Source of the DNA: a virus
Lineage: Duplodnaviria; Caudoviricetes
Length of the DNA: 40,621 nucleotides
Reading direction: 5' to 3' (one strand)
Virus record (IMG/VR): IMGVR_UViG_3300017658_000006
Location: 1 to 40,621 of that record
The position numbers were made by a program, and so were the translations under genes. The notes beneath the pieces were generated by a model. That model saw only the letters and a list, made by a program, of their open reading frames with translations. It made no database searches and was not told the origin of the DNA. Numbering within the stretch: position 1 is the first letter of the stretch; every line of letters begins with the position of its first letter. Positions 33,385 through 40,621 of the stretch are shown in pieces.

Positions 33385-33680
33385 GCGAGATGAGCGACAT
33401 CTACCAAGCGCTCATGGACGGGAAGCGCGCAGCCGAGTCCCTTGCCTCATGGGTTCAGAGAGTCGAGGCGCGGGACACCGTACGGGGCATGGAGCGATCC
33501 ATCCGGCAAGGCATCCAGGCCTACGAGCGCCTGTCGACACAACTGCGCGACGGCCGCAAGCACGTCGAAATGCCCGACGACTTCCAGCCCACGGGGTGCA
33601 TGTGCTCCTGGCCGAACGCGAGCCCGCCGTGCAGTTGGTGCACCGATCCGGCCAACTACGAAGAAGAGGCCTCTCAATGA
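33381..33680 (+). CDS. Hypothetical protein with Cys motif
   Basis: CMCS..SPPCSWC; coupled. Confidence 0.65.
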   Translation: MSEMSDIYQALMDGKRAAESLASWVQRVEARDTVRGMERSIRQGIQAYERLSTQLRDGRKHVEMPDDFQPTGCMCSWPNASPPCSWCTDPANYEEEASQ

Positions 33681-33928
33681 GCGCCCTCGCACCAGTCCGC
33701 CAGCTGGCGAACGCCCAGCGCCTGTACGACGCGATGGAGCCGGACGACAGCGAAGACCCGACCGCGGACGCCGCGTCCAGCCTGCGCAAGGCCCTGGACC
33801 AGTGGCAGCGCGAGTACGCGAACGAGCCGCGCAACAAACAACTTGTCTACGAGCTGGCCGCGCAGATGCGGGCCGACGCCGAGCAGATCGAGGAAGCCTG
33901 CGAATCCGACTGGAGGGCCGAGCCGTGA
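33677..33928 (+). CDS. Hypothetical protein
   Basis: AQRLYDAMEP; coupled. Confidence 0.65.
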   Translation: MSALAPVRQLANAQRLYDAMEPDDSEDPTADAASSLRKALDQWQREYANEPRNKQLVYELAAQMRADAEQIEEACESDWRAEP

Positions 33929-34110
33929 ACTACTCCCGCACCGCCTCTCGCATGTACGAGACCTATCGCAGGGGCGCCACCTACGGCTGCTCAATCCAGC
34001 ACTGGCAGACGTCCAAGGAGCGCAACTGGCAGCGAGCCCAGCGCGTGCTGTACGTCGTGTCCGTCATCGGCATCCTCGCTGCGCTGTGCTTCAACGGGCT
34101 GGGGGCGTGA
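33925..34110 (+). CDS. Small protein with C-terminal TM
   Basis: GTGA overlap; hydrophobic C-terminus. Confidence 0.6.
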   Translation: MNYSRTASRMYETYRRGATYGCSIQHWQTSKERNWQRAQRVLYVVSVIGILAALCFNGLGA

Positions 34111-34382
34111 TGGCAGACCAACACACGCCCGGAAAACTGGTGGTCTGCACCTTGGGCTATCCGCACGCGGACGTGAAATCCGAAGGGCCGGATAGCTACA
34201 ACGTGGCGTTGACCTGGGGTCTGCGCAAGGTGAATAAGAGCCCCGCCAACAACGCCAAGAAGCAAGCGGAGGCCCGCGCCAACGCTCGGCGCATCGTCGC
34301 TTGCTGGAACTACTGCATCGGCCTGCCCACCGAGGAGCTGGAGGCAAGCGTGGCGCGAGGTGATGAATGGGAGCCCGCTTGA
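34110..34382 (+). CDS. Hypothetical protein
   Basis: HTPG..ANARRIVACWN. Confidence 0.7.
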   Translation: MADQHTPGKLVVCTLGYPHADVKSEGPDSYNVALTWGLRKVNKSPANNAKKQAEARANARRIVACWNYCIGLPTEELEASVARGDEWEPA

Positions 34383-34600
34383 TGGACACCTACGACACCG
34401 ACCGCGCCGGCCTGGTGAGCACCGCCCAGCTCGCCCTGGAGCAGTCCAAGCACGAGGGGCATGCGAGGCGCCAGGAGGAGATGTACGTGCCGTGGCCTCG
34501 CCTGATCTTGGCCCTGGCCGTGATCCTGGCGCTGACGTTCGCCCTCGTCGTCGCTGTCGCGGGGATGCCGCCTGTGGATTTCAACCCGTGGGTGCGGTGA
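34382..34600 (+). CDS. Small TM protein
   Basis: Long hydrophobic stretch; TGATG coupling. Confidence 0.6.
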   Translation: MDTYDTDRAGLVSTAQLALEQSKHEGHARRQEEMYVPWPRLILALAVILALTFALVVAVAGMPPVDFNPWVR

Positions 34601-34670
34601 TGCCCGCCCTACTCCTCCCCCTCCCCGCGCTGCTGGTCTGCCTGGTGGTGCATTTGATTGCGAGGAACCT

Positions 34671-35435
34671 GTGACTACTCAAGCCGAAGAAATGACGCTG
34701 CTGGACGTGGCGGAGCCGATCCAGCATCCGGCGCCTGCTGTGCAGCAGGCTGGCGCACTGGCGGCGAATTCGCCCGCCGCCATGATGATGTCCGCTCTGT
34801 CCCAAGGCGTCAGCCCGGAGCAGATCGGGCAGATGATGGATCTGCAGGATCGTTGGGAACGCCGCGAGGCCGAGAAGGCATACAACGCCGCGTTCTCTGC
34901 GTTTAAGGCCGAGGCGGTCCGGATCGTCAAGGGTAAGAAGGTCGAGGACGGGCCGCTCAAGGGCAAGAGTTATGCCGAGCTTCATGGCGTGGTCGATGCC
35001 GTCACGCCGGCTTTGTCCCGCCACGGCCTCAGCGCTTCGTGGAAGCTGACCCGCGACGACAAGGACTGGATTGAGGTGACGTGCACGCTCAAGCACGTCG
35101 GCGGCCATTCCGAGTCGGTGAGCATGGGAGGCCCCCCGGACGCTGGTGGCGCGAAGAATGCGATTCAAGCTCGCGCCAGCGCCATCTCCTACCTTTCGCG
35201 GTACACGCTCAAAGCCATCTGTGGCGTGGCCGAGGGCGGCGACGATACGGACGGAAATACGCCAGCGCCCGATGAACTGATGCAACCCGCCAGGGATGCC
35301 GCAATGGGCGGCAGCGAAGCTCTGCGGGCCTACTGGAAGACGCTCTCCGAGGGCGCCCGCGCCGCACTCAAAGCGGAACTGCCGGCGCTCAAAGAAGCCG
35401 CCAAGGCTGCCGATGCGGAAGGAGCCAAGGCATGA
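34671..35435 (+). CDS. erf: ERF-family single-strand annealing protein
   Basis: SYAEL..V.PALSRHGLS..QARASAISYLSRYTL..G..DDTDG. Confidence 0.9.
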   Translation: MTTQAEEMTLLDVAEPIQHPAPAVQQAGALAANSPAAMMMSALSQGVSPEQIGQMMDLQDRWERREAEKAYNAAFSAFKAEAVRIVKGKKVEDGPLKGKSYAELHGVVDAVTPALSRHGLSASWKLTRDDKDWIEVTCTLKHVGGHSESVSMGGPPDAGGAKNAIQARASAISYLSRYTLKAICGVAEGGDDTDGNTPAPDELMQPARDAAMGGSEALRAYWKTLSEGARAALKAELPALKEAAKAADAEGAKA

Positions 35436-36082
35436 CCATCCTGCACCACAACTACGAGCAGGGCAGCGAGCAGTGGCTGCAAGTCCGCCGCGGCGCCATC
35501 ACCGGCTCGCGCTTCAAGGACTGCCGGGACAAGCTGCGCGATGGCCGCCCGTCCAAGGCGTGCCTGGACTACGCCCGGGATCTGGCCCGTGAACGCTGCG
35601 GCGGCACCGCCCCGGCGAAGTTCCAGAACGCCGCGATGCGCACCGGCAACGAACAGGAGCCGCTGGCCCGCGCCGCCTACGAGGCCCGCACCGGCAATCT
35701 GGTCGAGGAAGTCGGCTTCTTCACGACCGAGGACATGCGTTTCGGCCTCAGCCCGGACGGCTTCATCGACGAAGACGGCGTGCTGGAGATCAAGACGATG
35801 GTGTCGAGTGACACCCTGTTTACTGCCGTCGCTGAACGCGATCTGAGCGCCTACATGGACCAGTGCACGGGCTATCTCTGGCTGCTGGGCCGGCAATGGG
35901 TCGATCTCGTCCTGTGGGCTCCTGATCTGGGCCACATGGAAATCCATCGCATCACCCGCGATGAGGACGCCATCGAGAAGTTGGAGACGGACCTGATGGA
36001 GTTCGCCCGTCTCGTGGACAAGTACGAAGCCGCCCTGCGCAAGGCGCTGGGCACCCCTGAACAAGCACAACAAGCAGCCTGA
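35432..36082 (+). CDS. YqaJ/lambda-type exonuclease
   Basis: QGSEQWLQVRRG.ITGS, G.EQEP.AR..YE, SPDG, LEIK. Confidence 0.92.
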   Translation: MTILHHNYEQGSEQWLQVRRGAITGSRFKDCRDKLRDGRPSKACLDYARDLARERCGGTAPAKFQNAAMRTGNEQEPLARAAYEARTGNLVEEVGFFTTEDMRFGLSPDGFIDEDGVLEIKTMVSSDTLFTAVAERDLSAYMDQCTGYLWLLGRQWVDLVLWAPDLGHMEIHRITRDEDAIEKLETDLMEFARLVDKYEAALRKALGTPEQAQQAA

Positions 36083-36084
36083 CC

Positions 36085-36522
36085 ATGACCATTCTCACCG
36101 GACTCTTCACCCTTGGCCGAGATGCTGAACTGCGGACCACCAGCGACGGCCAAAAGGTCGCAACGCTCTCCCTTGGGTACAACTACGGCCGCAAGGGCCA
36201 GGACGGCAAGCAACCCACGCAATGGGTCCGCGCCGCCCTTTGGGGAAAGCTGGCCGAGGCCATTTCGCCATACCTGACGAAGGGCAAGCAGGTAGACGCA
36301 GTGCTGGAGGACGTGCACATCCGCGCGTACAGCAAGCAGGACGGCAACCAGGGCGTGAATCTCGAAGGCAAGGTGCTGAAGATCGAGATGGCGCGTGGTC
36401 AACGCCAGGAGGCGAGCGCGCCTCCCCCGCCGCCGCCGCCTCGCCAGCCGTCCGGCGGCGACGATTTCGACGAAATTCCTTTCGCCCCCCTGGCCTCTGG
36501 CCGCTCCTTCCTGGCGGTGTGA
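36085..36522 (+). CDS. ssb: Single-stranded DNA-binding protein
   Basis: LGRDAELR..WGKLAE..YLTKGKQV; DDFDEIPF near the C-terminus. Confidence 0.93.
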   Translation: MTILTGLFTLGRDAELRTTSDGQKVATLSLGYNYGRKGQDGKQPTQWVRAALWGKLAEAISPYLTKGKQVDAVLEDVHIRAYSKQDGNQGVNLEGKVLKIEMARGQRQEASAPPPPPPPRQPSGGDDFDEIPFAPLASGRSFLAV

Positions 36523-36524
36523 CC

Positions 36525-36827
36525 ATGAAACACCTGAACCTCATCCTCTGCGCCCTGCTGAGCCTTGGCGCCCAAGCCGAGGTGATCGCGACCTCGCCCA
36601 CCAAGGAGGGCGGCGAGATTCGCCTGACCGACGAGCCGTGCGACCGCAAGCCGGGCACGCGGTTCATGTACATCCGCACACCTGGTGGCAGGCCCTACGC
36701 CGGCTGCTGGCAACTGGCGGATGGCGATGTGCTGGTGCAGTTTTACGACGGGGACGTGTACGTGTACGACGCAAACAATTTCGTCGTTCGCAAGCCTGCG
36801 CGTGCTCGCCGTGGGGAGGCGCTGTGA
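36525..36827 (+). CDS. Putative secreted protein
   Basis: Signal peptide MKHL..LSLGAQA; GCW motif. Confidence 0.7.
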   Translation: MKHLNLILCALLSLGAQAEVIATSPTKEGGEIRLTDEPCDRKPGTRFMYIRTPGGRPYAGCWQLADGDVLVQFYDGDVYVYDANNFVVRKPARARRGEAL

Positions 36828-38246
36828 ACACACCCCAGCAAAGAGGCGGGCAGGCTGAAGCTCTGTCCATCTTCGACGCCGCCAGGGTCGAGGCGGACAG
36901 GTCGATGCTCAGGGAAGCGCGAGACGCCATCCAGGCATTGCGCATGGCGAACGAGCGGTGGGGGCTGACTCAGGCCCGTCGAGATGCAGTGAACAAGGCC
37001 ATTGCCGCTGTCGGCCGAATCGACGCCGCCCTGGCCGCCGAGAGGAAGGAGCAGGCATGAGCATCCGCATCATCGACGAGAAGCCGGACATCTACCTCAC
37101 GCAAAGCGAGCACGACCGCTTGATGCGCGAATGGCGACAGGCATGCATGTTCATGGTCAACCCGCCGAATTTCGAGGAGTACGTGCGCTCGCATCGGAAG
37201 CCTGTCGGCATCCGCCCCGCTGGAGGTGAGCAAGAATGATCCGACTCACTTCTCCCCTCCATGGAGCCGCTACTACGCAGTACGTGTCTCCACAAGCTAT
37301 CGATTTTGTCATCGCTGCGGGACCGTCGTCTCAATGGCACGGCATCCGCTGCTACGTGCATTTGTTCGACGGCGGCACTATCGAGGTTGCGGAGACCGCA
37401 GATGATGTTTTGCGGCTCATCACTGCGGCTGGGGGTAATCATGCCCAGTGAACTGAAGAAGCCGGAGCCGGTGGCGTGGATCTGGAAGTACGCGAACGGC
37501 GAAGAAGAAGTCGTCTTCGTTGACCTGTCCAAACACCAGTTGGACCCTGCTGAGGTCGATGTCCCATCCGGGGTGACACCCCTCCACACCGCCGCCCAGC
37601 TTGAGCAGTACGCCGCTGATCGGGTGCGGGAGGCGGAGGAAGCCATCGCCGACGAGTACGCTTCGCGGCTGCAATCCGATCTGGAGCACGGTGTGCGCTC
37701 GATCAATGAGCGATACGCGCGGAACTTCAACCAGTCCTATCCACTGCTGGCCGGCTTCATGGGCTGGCTGAACGACCGCACCCTCAAGGAGCAGACTAAG
37801 TGAGCGAGAAGAACAGCACATTGCCCGTCGTGGCATACCTAGTTGAGGGCGGCGAAACCTACCGAGATCGCGCATTCACGACTCGCCCAGGTGCCGATCA
37901 GTCCGTCGCAGACAGAAGCGACAACGCGGCCGTATCGGATCTGGTACGACTCTCCGACGCCCTGGCCCGCATCGCCGAACTCCAGGCCCAGGTCGAGGAG
38001 CTAAGAACCGAGGCCAAGGTGGCAAGCGACCGCATCCAGGAACTAGGGCGGTTTACGAAGGCGCAGCGAGGCGAGATCGAGGGGCTGAGGGCGGCCGTTG
38101 CGGAATCGCTCAATGTGCTCGGCACTGGCCCGTGCGAGGTGAACACGTGCGAAGGCTGCCGATACGAGCACGCCGAGGCAGTGAGCATTTTGTCTGCCGC
38201 CATCGACTCTGCACGCGCCGGCAGGGAGGATGGCAATGGACGATAG
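36824..38246 (+). CDS. Run of five small coupled hypothetical genes (36824-37060, 37057-37239, 37236-37451, 37441-37803, 37800-38246)
   Basis: Overlapping start/stop codons with GGAG RBSs; EPVAW and PVVAYL motifs typical of phage early genes. Confidence 0.65.
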
Positions 38247-38616
38247 GCAACTGCTGGAGGCTGCGGCGAGGGCCTTCTGGGGCGACGAGATCGACGACGT
38301 GTGTTCCATCTGCTGGTCCGACGCGGACGGCATCTTGTACACCCATGCCGACAACCAAGACCACAACGGCCGGGACGTCGAGTACCGCTGGAATCCGCTC
38401 GAAGAGAGCCACGACGCATTTGAGCTTGCGGTGAAGCTGAACCTCACCGTTCGCCACTACATGGGCAACACGTGTGCCCAAACCGTCACTCCGGGCGGCC
38501 CGTCGGTCTACGTCGAAGAGACGGATTTGGACGATCCGCTCACAGCAGCCCGCCGTGCCATCGTAAAAGCTGCCGCGGCCATTGGCGCCGCCGCAAGCAG
38601 GGCGAAGGGGGTGTGA
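38236..38616 (+). CDS. WNPL-motif phage protein (possibly ABA-sandwich-like), paralogue 1
   Basis: LLEAAARA..WNPLEESHDAFELAVKL..AARRAIVKAAA. Confidence 0.75.
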   Translation: MDDRQLLEAAARAFWGDEIDDVCSICWSDADGILYTHADNQDHNGRDVEYRWNPLEESHDAFELAVKLNLTVRHYMGNTCAQTVTPGGPSVYVEETDLDDPLTAARRAIVKAAAAIGAAASRAKGV

Positions 38617-38617
38617 G

Positions 38618-38806
38618 GTGACGCCCGCTGACCGAAGCCACGCCATCAGTGCGGCACGCACGCTACTCGAAGGCTGCGCCATGGAGTACGGCCAGGCCAT
38701 CGACACCAACCGGCTCGACGCCTGGGCCACGATGGCTCACGCGATCATCGACCTGCTCGCCAGCAAAGGGGGCGACGCCCCAGCCCGCGAGGAAACGGGG
38801 GGTTGA
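38618..38806 (+). CDS. Hypothetical protein
   Basis: GTG start, fills the gap. Confidence 0.5.
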   Translation: MTPADRSHAISAARTLLEGCAMEYGQAIDTNRLDAWATMAHAIIDLLASKGGDAPAREETGG

Positions 38807-38807
38807 G

Positions 38808-39035
38808 GTGGGTGCTCGGCAACCGCTCACGGACGAGCTGCTGTCGCCCAGCGAGGTCCACTCGCTGACCGGCACTGCCGATCCTGACCAGCAGGAGAAG
38901 GTGCTGTCTCAGGACGGCATCCCCTACCGGCGCCGCGGCCGGCGCATACTCGTCAGCCGATTCCACACCCGCGAATGGCTGGCCGGCCGCCCGGTCGCAC
39001 CGTCTCGCGGCGTCAACCTCGCCCTCGTGAAATGA
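38808..39035 (+). CDS. Excisionase-like protein (DUF4224-like)
   Basis: LLSPSEVHSLTG..Q..L...GIPY; overlaps the int start. Confidence 0.75.
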   Translation: MGARQPLTDELLSPSEVHSLTGTADPDQQEKVLSQDGIPYRRRGRRILVSRFHTREWLAGRPVAPSRGVNLALVK

Positions 39036-40063
39036 CCGGCCAGTACCCGCAACTGCGTACCCGCATCCGCAAGCGCCAGAGTGGGCGCGTCGTCGTCTAC
39101 TACTTCTATGACCAGCGCAAGGCTGGAAAGCCTGACATCCCACTTGGGACCAACTACGACGAGGCCATCAAGAAGTGGGACGAGATCCACAACCGGCTGC
39201 CGCGCATCGCCGGCACCCTTGAGGAGGCTTTTTCGGCTTGGGAAGTGGACGCGGAGCGGGGATTGCTGCACTACAGCAACCCGGAGACGCGGCGAAGCTA
39301 CGCGAAGCAGCTGCGCGCTCTGAGGCCAGCATTCCAGGCGGCCACGTGGGATCAGGTCGACCTACCGTCCATCGTGGGTTACCTGCGCAAGCGGACGGCC
39401 AAGACGCAGGGCAACCGTGAAATGGCCGTCCTGTCGATCATCTGGAACTGGGCGCGCACAGAGGGCTACACCACTCTCCCGTGGCCCGCCGCAGGCATGG
39501 AGAAGTCCAAGTGGAAGAACCCGGAGAAGCCGCGCAAGATCAAGGTTGCTGATGAGGTCTGGGAGGCGATCAGGCACGAGGGCAGCCAGGTGCTCCGGGA
39601 TTGCATGGACCTCGGCGCCGCCACCGGGATGCGCCTGAAGGACTGCATCAGCGTCTTGCTGCCAAGGGGCGACATGCTCCATCTGGAGGCCTCCAAGACC
39701 GGGAAGGAGGCCGAGTGGGACCTGAGCCTGTCGGAAGTCCTGCCTGGCCTCCTGGCGCGCCGCAGGGGCATTGCCGCCGATCATCTGATGCTGCTGTCCA
39801 CGCTCAACGGGCGCCCCGTGACGCTGCGCATGCTCCGGGACCACTGGGACCGCGCCAGGGCACGCGCTGCCGTCAAGGCAGGCATCCACGGCGAGGAGGA
39901 TGCTGTGCGCGCCATCCGGGCGATGTACCTGCGCGATGCACGCAAACGCGCTGCCCAGAAGTCCGAGGACCTGCGCGCTGCAGCGGACCTCCTGCAGCAC
40001 TCGGATCTGCGGCTGACGGAGCGCCACTACGGCGGGGTGCGTCGGCTGAAACCCGTAGGATGA
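39032..40063 (+). CDS. int: Tyrosine recombinase integrase
   Basis: TGMR, SKTG, RDAR (HxxR variant), LLQH, RHY catalytic motifs. Confidence 0.92.
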   Translation: MTGQYPQLRTRIRKRQSGRVVVYYFYDQRKAGKPDIPLGTNYDEAIKKWDEIHNRLPRIAGTLEEAFSAWEVDAERGLLHYSNPETRRSYAKQLRALRPAFQAATWDQVDLPSIVGYLRKRTAKTQGNREMAVLSIIWNWARTEGYTTLPWPAAGMEKSKWKNPEKPRKIKVADEVWEAIRHEGSQVLRDCMDLGAATGMRLKDCISVLLPRGDMLHLEASKTGKEAEWDLSLSEVLPGLLARRRGIAADHLMLLSTLNGRPVTLRMLRDHWDRARARAAVKAGIHGEEDAVRAIRAMYLRDARKRAAQKSEDLRAAADLLQHSDLRLTERHYGGVRRLKPVG

Positions 40064-40067
40064 GCAC

Positions 40068-40424
40068 ATGACAGAGCGAAATCTCTTGGAAGATGCGGCG
40101 AAGGCTGCAGGCATGCGCATTCGGATCTACGAGGGAATGCAGGTGTTTCCGGGCACCGATCTCGTAGTCACGGACGCTGCGAGTGGATTTCGTTGGAATC
40201 CGCTCATAGACGACGGCGATGCCTTGCGACTGGCTGTGAGGTTGGACTTGGGAATCGAGGTCCATTGCTCACTGGCCGTCGTCCATGTTGGAAACGGAGA
40301 ACAAGAGCGCGAGAGCGTTCACTGGAACCTCCGTGATGTGCCAGACGCCTACACCGCCACCCGCCTCGCCATCGTCCGCGCTGCGGCGAAACTGGCTCGC
40401 CGACGCGTTCCGCAAGTCCCCTAG
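40068..40424 (+). CDS. WNPL-motif phage protein, paralogue 2
   Basis: LLEDAAKAA..WNPLIDDGDALRLAVRL..ATRLAIVRAAA. Confidence 0.75.
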   Translation: MTERNLLEDAAKAAGMRIRIYEGMQVFPGTDLVVTDAASGFRWNPLIDDGDALRLAVRLDLGIEVHCSLAVVHVGNGEQERESVHWNLRDVPDAYTATRLAIVRAAAKLARRRVPQVP

Positions 40425-40498
40425 TCCATTGGGACAGCGCAGAGGCCAAACGCGGAACGTTTCGGCCTGTAGCCCGCATGGATGCTGGATTCGTGGCA

Positions 40499-40555
40499 GG
40501 ACTCAAAATCCCCCGCCGCAAGGCGTGCCGGTTCGATTCCGGCCCCGGGCACCAG
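40499..40555 (+). repeat. att core, right copy (3' part of tRNA-Leu)
   Basis: Identical to 67-123. Confidence 0.97.
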
Positions 40556-40564
40556 ATGCTGCTC

Positions 40565-40592
40565 AGCCCGCCTCATGGCGGGTTCATCGTTT
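40565..40592 (+). terminator. Probable host tRNA-Leu terminator, displaced by integration
   Basis: AGCCCGCC-TCAT-GGCGGGTT hairpin just after the att copy; weak T tract. Confidence 0.55.
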
Positions 40593-40621
40593 CCAGGCCC
40601 CGCTCAGCGGCCCTGGGCCAG

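Larger units (their letters stand above)
67..40555. mobile_element. Intact-looking P22-like (podovirus, lambdoid organisation) prophage; excised genome 40,432 bp
   Basis: Flanking 57-bp direct repeats; integrase, repressor, replication, packaging, virion and lysis modules all present. Confidence 0.96.

Noticed and set aside
39925-39950. Integrase inactivation because HxxR reads RDAR
   Set aside because: This His position varies among tyrosine recombinases; the other catalytic residues and the att sites are intact

Overview
This window is almost entirely one apparently intact ~40.4 kb temperate prophage, integrated in the 3' half of a tRNA-Leu(CAA) gene. A 57-bp direct repeat at 67-123 and 40499-40555 marks its ends. 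The host is GC-rich and probably a betaproteobacterium (inference). The phage has lambdoid organisation and a P22-like podovirus virion module. From left to right: a small plus-strand moron; the lysis cassette; tail fibre; three DNA-ejection proteins; a GNAT plus 2OG-Fe(II) hydroxylase pair; gp10/gp4-like proteins; a GroES homologue; coat, scaffold, portal and terminase; and a GIY-YIG protein. Next come an ~830-nt structured late leader with two non-canonical tRNA-like RNAs, Q, the nin region, a primase-helicase with an O-like initiator and iterons, cro/cI with six operator-like sites, a Panacea toxin-antitoxin-like pair, the Erf/exonuclease/SSB recombination module, xis and int. The strongest leads are the aberrant tRNA-like RNAs, a 388-bp hairpin-rich insert splitting a zinc-knuckle micro-ORF in the lysis cassette, and the hydroxylase/GNAT pair coupled to the ejection genes. 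All product calls come from motif recognition and synteny; no database searches were run.
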